Shown here: in pieces, positions 51,001 through 59,818 of the stretch
How positions within the stretch are numbered: the first letter of the stretch is position 1
Layout of the letters: every line of letters begins with the position of its first letter
NCBI GenBank assembly: GCA_965212205.1
Contig: CBDBUX010000018.1
Coordinates: forward strand, 91,656 to 155,655
Source of the DNA: Flavobacteriaceae bacterium
GTDB taxonomy: Bacteria > Bacteroidota > Bacteroidia > Flavobacteriales > Flavobacteriaceae
Direction of reading: 5' to 3'
DNA: 64,000 nt
Made by a program: the position numbers and the translations under genes
Notes under the pieces: generated by a model
Told to the model about the DNA's origin: nothing
The model's database searches: none
Seen by the model: only the letters and a program-made list of their open reading frames with translations

Positions 51001-54000
51001 ACCTCTATGGGGTTAACCACGGCCTCATCCTGATCATCTTCTGCCAGGATATTATTGTTGGGTGTGGAATCTACATCAAATACATCGGCAGCTATGATCT
51101 CTGCTCCATTGGTATAAGGTCCTGTTGTATTGACCAGTACATCGATTACCAAGGTTTGGGTGTCTCCGGTACTCACCGTGCCTGTGGACCATATCCCTGT
51201 AGTGTAGTCATATATACCAGAGGTGGCGCTGTACAATATAAAATCATAACCCGCTGGAAGGAGATCCTCGACCACTACGTTGGTCGCGTCGTCCGGACCA
51301 TCATTGAATACGCTGATCTCGAAACTGATCTCGGTTTCAACAAAAGGTGTAATATCGTTATCGACCACGAATTTGGTCAGTCGGAGGTCTGCGATCTTTG
51401 GTGCTACGGTCAGCTGGTCTTCATCATCGTCATCCGGATCACCATTCCCATCTTCGTCAATTGTATTATCGGTTGTAGGATCACTGTCAGGATCGTACTG
51501 ATCTGACGCAGTGATCTGAGCATTGTTAAGGTATTCATCAATCGCACCCGTAGGTGGGTTTACGGTTGCTTCATAGGTTACCACTGATGTACCGTTAAAG
51601 TTTGGGACTGAAAGACCTGTCCAGCTCGCAGTATTCCCACTTAGTGTCCCGCCGTTGTTTACCGCCGTGAGCGTATAGCCGGCAGGAAGGACATCTTCGA
51701 TTGCCACCCCGGTGGCCACATCAGGACCGGCGTTGGTGACGGTTAAGGTGAAGGTCACCGAATCTCCAACATTTGGTTGGGTAGTATTGGCTGTCTTTAC
51801 CAAGCTTAAGTCGGCCTGTGGTATAGAAGCCGCTATATTGTCTTCATCATCTTCACTCTGGTCTCCGTCATCGTTGTTCGGGCTACTGTCGATATCAAAT
51901 TGATCACTGGCCGTAATCTGGGCCACATCCAGGTATTCATCTACAGCTCCGGTAGGGGCCTGCGCTACGGCATCGAATGTCAGGGTCACCGTATTGTTTC
52001 CAACAGGTACCGCCAGGTTGTTCCAGGTTACCGTATTGCCGGCTGCTGAACCGGTTCCACTAATATTGGTGATACCGCTAAAACCAGGAGGCACTATATT
52101 CTCAACCGAAACATTGGAGGCCGCATTCGGACCCAGGTTGCTCAGATTTACAGTAAAAGTAACCAGATCACCCACATCCGGGGTGGTATCGTTCAGCAGG
52201 ACTTCCAGTTCTAGGTCGGCAATCTGAGGACTTAGTGTAAAGCTCGATTCGTCGTCATCTGCGATTCCATCACTCAGGTCATCCAGCGTAAAACTTGTAT
52301 CCGGATCACTATCAGGATCGAATTGATCGCTAAAGATGATCTCTGCATGGTTAGTATAATTTCCAGTTGCCAATACAGTTACCTCATAGGACAAAGTAAT
52401 TGCATTACCGGCTCCGGGATCTATGCTTGCTATATCCCATGTGATAAAATTACCCCCCGAACTACCACCATTGTTTATTATAGTTACGCTATAACCCGAA
52501 GGGATTATGTCGAGTACCACTACATTGGTCGCTGTATCAGGACCTTGGTTCAGTAGGGTCAGTTCAAATACCACCGTGTCGCCTACATTTGGAGTAGCGC
52601 TGGAGGCTGCACTGATCCCTTTGGTAAGTTCAAGGTCGGCCTCAAGCAAATCGAATACCACAATATCTTCATCGTCCTCACTTTGGTCGCCATCATCATT
52701 ATCGGGTACAGAATCGATGTCCGAAAGATCGGAGGCGATAATTTCGGCTATATTATCATAGACGCCGGGTGCTTTAACCCTAGCCTGGTAGGTAAGGTCG
52801 AGCGTGGTCCCGTTCGGGATATTGAGGCCTGTCCATGTTATGGTATTGCTGCCAAAATCGAATGAGCCACCATTACTGACCGTACCTCCAATAAGCTCTA
52901 ATCCGCTGGGAAGTGGATTTCGCACGCCTACACCTGTACCATTTCCGGTAGCAGAGGCGTCGTTATTGAATAATGATACGGTAAACGTTATAATATCATC
53001 TTCGTTACCCGAAGCTGGATTGGCAGATATATCCAGTTCGAGATCGAGTGTTTCCAGAGTAATCGACGCATTGTCCTCATCGTCTTCGCTCTGATCACCA
53101 TCATCATTGGATGGGGTACTATCCGGATCCTGTTGGTCTGCCACTGTCACTTCAGCGGTGTTTAGGTATTCGTCTGAAGCGCCGGTAGGAGCTTCCACGA
53201 CCGCATCGAAGCTTATGTTAATCGAATTGGAGGCCGCTATACTCAAGCCGCTCCAATCGATGGCGTTTCCGCTTTGGATACCCCCATCATTCACAGTTGT
53301 TATGGTGTATCCTACAGGAACCAGGTCAGTAACCTGGACTCCGGTTGCATCATCCGGGCCATCATTGGCCACAGTAATTGTGAAAGTAACGGTATCTCCA
53401 ACACTGACAGCAGCGGGCAATACGGTTTTATCAAGGCTCAGGTCAGCACTTTGAAGTGTAACAGAGGCCGAATCCTGGTCATCTTCTAACGGATCATTAT
53501 TGTCTGCAATACTATCTGTATCGGCCTGGTCGCTGTCGGTAATCTCGGCTGAATTTAAGTAAGTGCCTGTTGCATTTACAGTGGCCTGAAAGCTTAGGAG
53601 CAGGTTATTCCCCAGTGGAAGTGAAAGACTATTCCACGTCAATGAAAAATCTCCTGGATTGTAGAATCCGCCATTGCTTGCCGATCCTGGCACAAAAGTG
53701 TACCCATCCGGGATGATATCTTTCACTGAAATCCCTGTTGCGTCAACAGTACTGTTAACTGCATTGTTTAGTATATCGATCGTAAACGTTACTGTATCTC
53801 CTGAATTTACAGAAGTTGGAGCCACGCTTTTTGTGAGTTCAAGATCAGCCAGGCCATTTATGATTACCAATACTGTATCCGATATTTCATTGCAAATACC
53901 GTTATCGATGGCCCATTGAAATTCATAGGTGCCAATTGTGGTACCGGTAATTGAGGTAGACGGGTCGTTAATATCAATAAATGTCGCTGTGTTGGGGCCA

Positions 54001-57000
54001 GACACCTGTGTCCAGGTCCCTATCCCGGCAGAAGCCGGAGTGGCTGCCATAATTACAGGTGCAAATTGTGCCAGTTCCTGATCCGGACCGGCATCTACCC
54101 CTGTGGGTTGTTCTACAATCACTATCTCCACAGCATCCGAAAAAGAACATCCGCTAGAGTTGTTGTTGGTCGTCCAGGTAAATTCGTAGGTGCCTACAGC
54201 CAGGCCTGTAATCAGAGAATTCGGATTAGTGGGGGCCGTGATGGTAGCCGGAGCACCGGCGGTTTGCGTCCAGATACCGCCTCCGATTCCTACCGGAGTG
54301 GCATCGAGTGTGGTTTGTGTTTCATCGCATAGTTCCTGATCTGGGCCTGCATTGGCCTCCGAAGCCGGAATGTCTGTAAAGATGATATCAATCGTGTCGA
54401 TCGAAGGCGCACAAGCTGAGGGCGATATGAAAGGACCGTTAGATACCGTCCAGGTCAGGGTATATGTCCCTAACGTTGTAATATTAGACAGGGTAGTAGT
54501 CGGTGAGTTCGGGCTGTCTATCACAGCTGCCCCACCCGAGGGATCGACCGAGAAAGCCCAGGTTCCAATTCCTACCGCAGGGGGTGTGGCATTCATCTGC
54601 GCCTCTAACTGGCAGGCATTTGGCTGATCAGGACCAGCTGCTGCAGTCGAAGGAGCCTCGAAAATTTCGATGCGTACCACGTCGGCCGCATCAGTACAAT
54701 TTCCTTTTATAAAGTTCCATTCCAGAATATAAATTCCAGGCACGGTAAGCCCGGAAAGTGTAGAGGTGTTACTATTCGGTGCGTCGATAACAGCAACACT
54801 ACCTGCTGGTTCACTGGCAAATCGCCACAGTGCGGTATCTATATCGCCTGGTGCGACATTTCCAGCCAGGGTTGTTGTATTTGGTATGATTAAATCTGCC
54901 TGACAAAGCAATTGATCGGGGCCAGCATCCGGTGCGATTGATGGCGGGGCACTGTTGGTAATTGTAACTTCATCAAAGAGATTCGGACAGCTCAGGTAAT
55001 TTGTGGTAAACCTGAACACATAAGTATTTCCAGGAGTAATAGCAGCACTGGCTGTATAATTGTCGGCCGGAGATTGAATAATCGTCACCGGAGGTCCGGA
55101 CTGTTGTGTCCAGGTTCCCGTAGATCCTCTTGTAGCCTCCAGCAATACGGTGGTCGCATTGCAAAGATCCTGATCCGGACCTGCATTGGCTGCTGAGAAA
55201 ACGTCGATTACAACATCGGCAAATGAAGACGGACAATTGGCATCGCCGGTAATAGTCCAGCGAAAGGTATAGCTTCCCGTAATAAGACCCGTCACGTTCG
55301 CATTCGGATCATTTACGTCCGAAAAAGCAGGGGTATTGGGAGCACCGCTCAAGACAGACCAAACCCCGGTTTCGATGGCCGGGTTAAAGGCGTTTCCGCT
55401 TAAAACCGTATTGTCTGCATTGCATATGGTTTGTGGAGGTCCAACTGTTGCCACCGTTGAGGGAATACCGACTTCAATGGTTGTCTGGTCTGTGTCTGTG
55501 GAACAGCTACCATTGTTTACGGTCCAATCAAAGATGTAGATTCCGGAATTGACAAAATTAATATTGGTGGTTGGGCTTGTATCATCGTCTATGGTAAAGC
55601 CACCCGGACCGGATACCAGCGTCCATAGACCATCGCCGGTTGAGGAGGTAGCCGCCATGGGGACTACTGAGGCACAAATAATCTGGTCTGGCCCTGCATC
55701 GGCTGCTGCCGGACTTCCTATGCTGATCTCCACCTCATCAGCTGAATCCTGACAACCCGGTGCGATATTGCTTATCGTCCAGGTTAGTATATAGCTGTCT
55801 TCCAAAGTAATGTTTGCTGTAGTATTGGGCTGTGTTGCATCGGTAAAACTTATACCAACACTGGGAACAGCGGTCCAGAGACCTTGTTCGTCGACAGCCG
55901 GAGTATTTGCTGCCAGGTTTACCGTTACTGTGCCCGAAGGCAGACATTGATCAGGGCCTGCATTTGCAGTCGTTGGTCCTTCAGTCGCCCCTGTATTGAT
56001 AATTACATTATCTGCTGCCGCCGGCCCGCATGCGGCCGATGGATTGTCGATGGTCCATTGGAGTTCATAGCTGCTTGAAGCAGTTGCGAATCCGCTTGCT
56101 ATGGCCTGGGGATCGTTGATATCTGAAAAAGCAATTGTATCGGGACCATTTATCTGCGACCAGGTACCTACCTGACCACCGGGAGGTGTATTTGCATTCA
56201 ATGCAACCGGCGTCCCATAACAAACGGTTTGATCGCCACCTGCGTTGGAAGGTCCGTTTGTAGTTGCCGAAACTGTTACTTGCACATCAGACTCTGCCGG
56301 GATACAGTTTGGCCCTCCTGAAATGGTATACCTAAAAATATATTCTCCGGGGATTAAGCCACTAATTCCTGTTGTACGGGCCAGGGGATCTGCAAATACT
56401 GCCGTATTTGGCCCGCTGACCTGGGTCCAAAGCGAATTACCCTGTAATACAATATTACCGGTAAGTGCAGTAGAAGTTATTCCACAACCAAGAACCTGGT
56501 CTGTACCTGCGTTGGCGGCCGTGGGAATACCCGATATGGAAATATTGATCAGATCGGTGGCTTCTACACAACCACTCAGGTTTTGTCCGCTTTGGCTTCG
56601 CCTTACCAAGAGGGCATAGGTGCCATCTTCGTCAAAACTTAGGCTGAGCGGCGAAGTATCCGAAAAACTTTGAAAGGCTGTGGGAAAAGTGAAGGAGGAA
56701 TCCGATGGACCACTCAGTAATCTATATTGGTTGCTGCCTCCACCCCCTATAGTAAATGGAACATCCACTTGTGTTATGCCACAATCGGCAATAATATCAT
56801 TACCACCATTGGCGATGATGCTAATTGCGTTGGGGTTATAACCTATTGATGCGGTCGCAGAACTGGTACAACCGGTTACGGTATTGGTAATGGTATAGGA
56901 AAACGCGTAACTGTTAGGAGACGCCAGTCCCGTTACCTGTGTTGTGCTATTAGTAGGGCTTGAAAGCGCAACTGCAGGACCTCCGGTTTGAACCCACTGT

Positions 57001-58043
57001 ACTGTTTCATTGGCATATTCGGCAACGTTGGCCCTGAGCGTTGCAGTGGTGACACCGGCATCGCAAAACACCTGGTTGCCGTCCTGTACCGATACCTGAG
57101 TAACGTCTTGCGTGGCCTCATCTACGGTAATGGTGACCGTGTCCTGTCCGTTTGCACAGGGTCCTGACACATTCCATCGAAATGTATATACGCCTTCAAT
57201 GAGGTCGCTTACGGCAGATTGGTTATCATTTGGATCGGCAATGGTAGGGGTGCTGGGACCACTAACGAAGCTCCATGTACCCAATTGCCCATTTATATTA
57301 TTACCCCCAAAACTCCCGTTCAGAGAAGTAGATTGTGAAACGGTATAACAATTGTCTAACGCCTGGTCAGGACCAGCATCTACAGGTTCTTCTCCACCAT
57401 AATTAGTTACACTGATCTCGTCAAATGATTCACAAAAAAGACCAGGCCCGTAATCAGGTCCTGTTATCGTCCATCGAAGTGTGGAGGTGCCCGCTGATGT
57501 TCCTGATAGTGTTAGGGTAGTGCTAGGACTGTTAGGGAAATTTATAGTGACACCGCCATCATTCGGACCAGAGATCGACCAGATTCCGGTCTCACCAGGG
57601 TTAACAGGATTATTTGCTGTAACGATTACAGATCCTGAACTATCTGGGCAGGAAGCAATGTCAATTCCGGCATCTGCGATTGTAATTGGTTCAACGCTGA
57701 TGACCACATCCTGGAATTGCTCACTACTATCATCGCAGGTTGCCGTAAGCCTGAAAGTGTAATTGTTCCCGCCACTCATGCCATTCACCTGAGTGTTCGG
57801 GTCTGTAGGATCCATGATTTGAACAGAAGGACCGGCCACCTGCGACCAAACCGGGCCACTGGCTACCAGACCGGTAGTAGACCCCGAGAGGTTAAATACA
57901 TCATTTTCACAAATTGTTTGTGTTACGCCGGCATTTACTGTACAGTTTTGGGCTTCTGCAATGGAAATTGCACATAAGATGAAACAAAAGGACACAATAT
58001 AACGCAACCTCGGTAAGAGGATGCTTTCAAGAAAAGTAGTCAT
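48003..58043 (-). CDS. Giant (3346-aa) cell-surface adhesin-like T9SS substrate: Ig-like module array, DUF11 repeat array and type-B C-terminal sorting domain
   Basis: Single uninterrupted 10,041-nt ORF with a signal peptide (..CAISIAEAQ). See the three sub-features below. Confidence 0.9.
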   Translation of the reverse strand: MTTFLESILLPRLRYIVSFCFILCAISIAEAQNCTVNAGVTQTICENDVFNLSGSTTGLVASGPVWSQVAGPSVQIMDPTDPNTQVNGMSGGNNYTFRLTATCDDSSEQFQDVVISVEPITIADAGIDIASCPDSSGSVIVTANNPVNPGETGIWSISGPNDGGVTINFPNSPSTTLTLSGTSAGTSTLRWTITGPDYGPGLFCESFDEISVTNYGGEEPVDAGPDQALDNCYTVSQSTSLNGSFGGNNINGQLGTWSFVSGPSTPTIADPNDNQSAVSDLIEGVYTFRWNVSGPCANGQDTVTITVDEATQDVTQVSVQDGNQVFCDAGVTTATLRANVAEYANETVQWVQTGGPAVALSSPTNSTTQVTGLASPNSYAFSYTITNTVTGCTSSATASIGYNPNAISIIANGGNDIIADCGITQVDVPFTIGGGGSNQYRLLSGPSDSSFTFPTAFQSFSDTSPLSLSFDEDGTYALLVRRSQSGQNLSGCVEATDLINISISGIPTAANAGTDQVLGCGITSTALTGNIVLQGNSLWTQVSGPNTAVFADPLARTTGISGLIPGEYIFRYTISGGPNCIPAESDVQVTVSATTNGPSNAGGDQTVCYGTPVALNANTPPGGQVGTWSQINGPDTIAFSDINDPQAIASGFATASSSYELQWTIDNPSAACGPAAADNVIINTGATEGPTTANAGPDQCLPSGTVTVNLAANTPAVDEQGLWTAVPSVGISFTDATQPNTTANITLEDSYILTWTISNIAPGCQDSADEVEISIGSPAAADAGPDQIICASVVPMAATSSTGDGLWTLVSGPGGFTIDDDTSPTTNINFVNSGIYIFDWTVNNGSCSTDTDQTTIEVGIPSTVATVGPPQTICNADNTVLSGNAFNPAIETGVWSVLSGAPNTPAFSDVNDPNANVTGLITGSYTFRWTITGDANCPSSFADVVIDVFSAANAGPDQDLCNATTVLLEATRGSTGTWTQQSGPPVTIIQSPADNYTASAAITPGNTYVFRFTTNYLSCPNLFDEVTITNSAPPSIAPDAGPDQLLCQADLIIPNTTTLAGNVAPGDIDTALWRFASEPAGSVAVIDAPNSNTSTLSGLTVPGIYILEWNFIKGNCTDAADVVRIEIFEAPSTAAAGPDQPNACQLEAQMNATPPAVGIGTWAFSVDPSGGAAVIDSPNSPTTTLSNITTLGTYTLTWTVSNGPFISPSACAPSIDTIDIIFTDIPASEANAGPDQELCDETQTTLDATPVGIGGGIWTQTAGAPATITAPTNPNSLITGLAVGTYEFTWTTNNNSSGCSFSDAVEIVIVEQPTGVDAGPDQELAQFAPVIMAATPASAGIGTWTQVSGPNTATFIDINDPSTSITGTTIGTYEFQWAIDNGICNEISDTVLVIINGLADLELTKSVAPTSVNSGDTVTFTIDILNNAVNSTVDATGISVKDIIPDGYTFVPGSASNGGFYNPGDFSLTWNSLSLPLGNNLLLSFQATVNATGTYLNSAEITDSDQADTDSIADNNDPLEDDQDSASVTLQSADLSLDKTVLPAAVSVGDTVTFTITVANDGPDDATGVQVTDLVPVGYTITTVNDGGIQSGNAIDWSGLSIAASNSINISFDAVVEAPTGASDEYLNTAEVTVADQQDPDSTPSNDDGDQSEDDEDNASITLETLDLELDISANPASGNEDDIITFTVSLFNNDASATGNGTGVGVRNPLPSGLELIGGTVSNGGSFDFGSNTITWTGLNIPNGTTLDLTYQARVKAPGVYDNIAEIIASDLSDIDSVPDNDDGDQSEDDEDIVVFDLLEADLELTKGISAASSATPNVGDTVVFELTLLNQGPDTATNVVVLDIIPSGYSVTIINNGGSSGGNFITWDIASIDPGAGNAITLSYEVTVLATGNYTNHAEIIFSDQFDPDSDPDTSFTLDDLSDGIADDDESSFTLSPQIADLELEVLLNDTTPDVGDLVTFTVNLSNLGPNAASNVSVENIVPPGFSGITNISGTGSAAGNTVTWNNLAVPVGNNTVTLTFDAVAQAPTGAVDEYLDVAQITASDQFDIDSSPNNDDGDQSEDDEDNIAASIPQADLSLVKTANTTQPNVGDSVTFTLTVTNAGPDVATGVAIEDVLPAGYTLTAVNNGGTLSGNTASWTGLSVPNFNGTSVVTYEATVNPPTGAIDEYLNNAQITASDQYDPDSDPTTDNTIDEDGNGDPDDDDEDQLTVAPKIADLRLTKFVVDNDITPFVETEISFEISVFNDGPDDATNVVVEDLLPAGYDFILYSATSGIYDYTTGIWSTGTVSTGDTQTLVIDVLVNTTGPYTNGAEIIAADVFDVDSTPNNNILAEDDQDEAVVNPIEVADLSLVKSVDNPTPDAGSNVVFTITVSNDGPSDATNIQVTDLLPSGYNYVSDDSGGNYVPATGIWSLGNLALGNSTTINITALVNPAGDYTNIAEITGADQADTDSTPSNDILSEDDQDEVVVVVRPVVDVSVTKIADNMSPQVGSTILFTITVTNDGPSDATNVVVTDLLASGYSFVSSTPSIGTYEPLNGSWTVGNLANGDSETLLLNADVLPAGLYRNTAELTDLSEFDIDSTPANNDDLEDDQESIDPMPVTNADLSLIKTVDDSAPLVGDLIEFTLQLSNAGPNDASGVIVADLLPSGYTYESHNATAGDYDPGTGIWDLNGIVFGGFTETLHIQVLVNPTGDYDNSAEITASDATDPDSAPGNNIPAEDDQDNQVTIPVAVANLSLDKTVDNEFPDVTQNVTFTLSLSNAGPSTATGITVSDLLPSGYNYLSDDGSGNYNNTTGDWTIASLAAGSSVALNITAGLNSSGNYANIAEVTTVNELDPNSSPGNNQSSEDDQDEQLTTPMLVTDLSITKTVDNLLPSVGDQLTFTITATNSGPSNATGVVIRDLLASGYAFVSSSVTAGTYDEVVGSWDLGTMANGAVETLNVMATVLPNGSYTNTAELIALDTFDPDSNPDNNLESEDDQSTINPVASGLADLSITKEVDIIRPRVGDTVAFTITLNNDGDSDATGVVISDLLAGGFTYISHETTIGSYNPDSGLWSTNGVIPNGSTEVLRILVTINEPSGQADEYLNRASVVASNQADPDSEAGVDETADDYSDGIEDDDEASVLVIVEETDLSLSKTVNNGQPRIGEVVDFTITVSNIGDTQATNIGIDEELPSGYAYVGSVVSTGTFDANDGFWSIPALAAGDDATLVLSVEVLEPEDYLNRASLAFLDQVDLNINNDVAEASVEPSCLHVYNEFSPNGDGVNEFFKIDCITRYPNNVLKIYNRWGNIVYEERGYNNDWNGISNGRAVVNATDRLPVGTYYYVLDLGDGTTPVSDWLYINR
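48006..48287 (-). other. T9SS type-B (gliding-motility-associated) C-terminal sorting domain
   Basis: The last 94 aa, CLHVYNEFSPNGDGVNEFFKI..IYNRWGNIVYE....WNG......LPVGTYYYVLDLGDG....WLYINR, match the pattern I associate with TIGR04131-type CTDs. Confidence 0.8.
48288..53852 (-). repeat. About 14 tandem DUF11-type ('conserved repeat domain') modules with acidic linkers
   Basis: Each unit of roughly 130 aa starts with (A)DLSLxKTV..P.VGD.VTFTITV.N.GP..AT and ends with ..AE(I/V)...D..D.DS.P.N...EDD(Q/E)D. I counted 14 unit starts by eye. The units are diverged at protein level. Confidence 0.75.
53853..57947 (-). repeat. About 15 tandem Ig-like/PKD-like modules of 80-95 aa
   Basis: Recurring pattern (A/D)AGPDQ..C......L.A....G.W..(V/I)SGP......D...P.T...GL..G.Y.F.WT......C...D.V.I.V. 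I counted 15 module starts by eye. Confidence 0.65.
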
Positions 58044-58175
58044 TGTAATGGTTTAGTGTTTGTTTAAAAAATCTGACTAGATGTCATAATTTTCCTGCAA
58101 AATGCTCATAATTCTAATGAATATCCACAAAATGTTGTAATTCATCGATAAAGTGTTGTGAAGACTGCATTTAAT

Positions 58176-58219
58176 GTAGTTTCCAATATTCTGGGCAGCA
58201 GAATTGAAATGGAAACTAC
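58176..58219. other. Extended imperfect hairpin in the 335-nt region upstream of the giant adhesin gene
   Basis: GTAGTTTCCA..ATTCTG-GGCAG-CAGAAT..TGGAAACTAC: a 10-bp outer stem plus a 6-bp inner stem. A 14-bp perfect palindrome, GAGGCAATTGCCTC, follows at 58238-58251. Confidence 0.35.
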
Positions 58220-58378
58220 TAATATTCAATAGTTTAAGAGGCAATTGCCTCAAGGATCAGTGAGCTAAAATCAAGCTAAGAAACTATCATTCCGAGGGGC
58301 AATAGGATATGACTTAAAGATTTTAGAATTCGCGATCAAAATCTGAGTAGGAAGAGTGAGTCTATAGGTTATTTAGTG

Positions 58379-59818
58379 CTATTCCGGGCTTTCTGCTGCC
58401 TGCTGCTCTTCTTCGTTAAGCCACCCTCCTCCGAGTGCCTTATAAAGCTGAACATAGGCCGAAAGTAAATTGGCCCTCAGATCTTCGAGCAAGAGTTCTG
58501 CATCAAATGCCTGGCGTTGTTGTTCCAAGAATTCTAGATAACTTGTTACCCCTTTATTGTAGCGTTCCATAGAAAGTAGTTGCGCCTGAAGAGCTGCTTC
58601 TTTCCGCATATTGGCTATGGCAATTTCTTCTCTTACAGTACGAATTGTGGCCAGAATATCCTCTACTTCTTTTAAGGCAAAGAACACGGTGTTTTGATAA
58701 TCATACAATGCCTGAAACCTGCGACTGTCTTCAATGTCGACCTGGCGTTTTAACTGGCCCCAATAGAACAGTGGTCCTGCCAGCTGCCCTGTTAAAGTCC
58801 ACAGCGGATTCTGAAAACTAAGGTCACTAAAATTATTGGCTGCAATACCAACCAGGGCACCGGCGCTGAGAGTAGGTAGTCTGTTGCCTTTGGCAACGCC
58901 AACCTGGGCATTTTGAGCTATCAATTGGTATTCGGAGGCAATAACGTCTGGTCTGCGTGCCAGCAAATCTACTGGCCTGGCCAGGGGAAGTTCTATTTCA
59001 AATCGCTGCTCCTCCAATATTTTACCTGTGCTAACACGTCCGGGATTTTGACCAAGCAGGATGCTCAGGGAGTTTTCCAATTGAACTATTTCTCTCTCGA
59101 GCTGTGGAACGGCCCCCGCAGCGATGGTGTATTGAATAATAGATTGGTCCACATCGATCAGAGGTACAATTCCCTTGTCATAGCGCGCTTGTATAATTTG
59201 CGTCATACTATCTCTGGCACTGGCATTTCTTTTAGAGATCTCGTACTGAGATTTGGCCCGGAGTAAAGAGAAATAAGTGGTAGCCACTTCGCTAATTAGC
59301 GATATCATCACTCCTCTGTATCCATATTCAGACGCCATTAATTCTGCACGGGCAGCCTCAGATTGACGTCGTAACTTACCCCAAAGATCCAATTCCCAGG
59401 ATGCCTGCGCAGCTCCTAGAATTGCATTTTGTGGGTCACCTATTTGCTGAAACAAGAAGTTTCCCCTCTGCACTTGTCCAGTTACATCGAACTTTGGTAA
59501 TAACTCGGCATTCTGGATCTTTAGAAAATATCTGGCTTGAAGTACAGATTCCGCCGCGATCATCGCATCCCGATTGTTTTCCATTGCCACGACTATAAGA
59601 CTGTCAAGAACAGGGTCGTCGTACATATTCCACCATTGCAGATCAGCCGTAGCCAATTCCAGGGAATCTGTATTGATGCTATCGGTAACAATAACGGCAG
59701 TAGTATCGGCCTGTGAAAATTTATTGGGTTGTGCCAGGTCTGTACCTTTATAGTTTTTGCCAATTTTACAACTGCTAATGGCAATGAGAATAGCGAATAT
59801 GATGAGGGCTTTTTTCAT
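58379..59818 (-). CDS. RND efflux outer-membrane lipoprotein (NodT/OprM type)
   Basis: 479-aa ORF with lipobox AISSCKIG and two OEP repeats (..LLPKFDVTGQVQRG.., ..RLPTLSAGALVG..). 4-nt overlap with the upstream RND gene. Confidence 0.88.
   Translation of the reverse strand: MKKALIIFAILIAISSCKIGKNYKGTDLAQPNKFSQADTTAVIVTDSINTDSLELATADLQWWNMYDDPVLDSLIVVAMENNRDAMIAAESVLQARYFLKIQNAELLPKFDVTGQVQRGNFLFQQIGDPQNAILGAAQASWELDLWGKLRRQSEAARAELMASEYGYRGVMISLISEVATTYFSLLRAKSQYEISKRNASARDSMTQIIQARYDKGIVPLIDVDQSIIQYTIAAGAVPQLEREIVQLENSLSILLGQNPGRVSTGKILEEQRFEIELPLARPVDLLARRPDVIASEYQLIAQNAQVGVAKGNRLPTLSAGALVGIAANNFSDLSFQNPLWTLTGQLAGPLFYWGQLKRQVDIEDSRRFQALYDYQNTVFFALKEVEDILATIRTVREEIAIANMRKEAALQAQLLSMERYNKGVTSYLEFLEQQRQAFDAELLLEDLRANLLSAYVQLYKALGGGWLNEEEQQAAESPE

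Noticed and set aside
48964-57977. About 25 plus-strand ORFs of 60-124 aa inside the adhesin gene.
   Set aside because: All lie antisense to a single uninterrupted 10-kb ORF with clear domain structure. Their translations are Ser/Thr/Val-rich mirror images of the repeats and show no start-site context.
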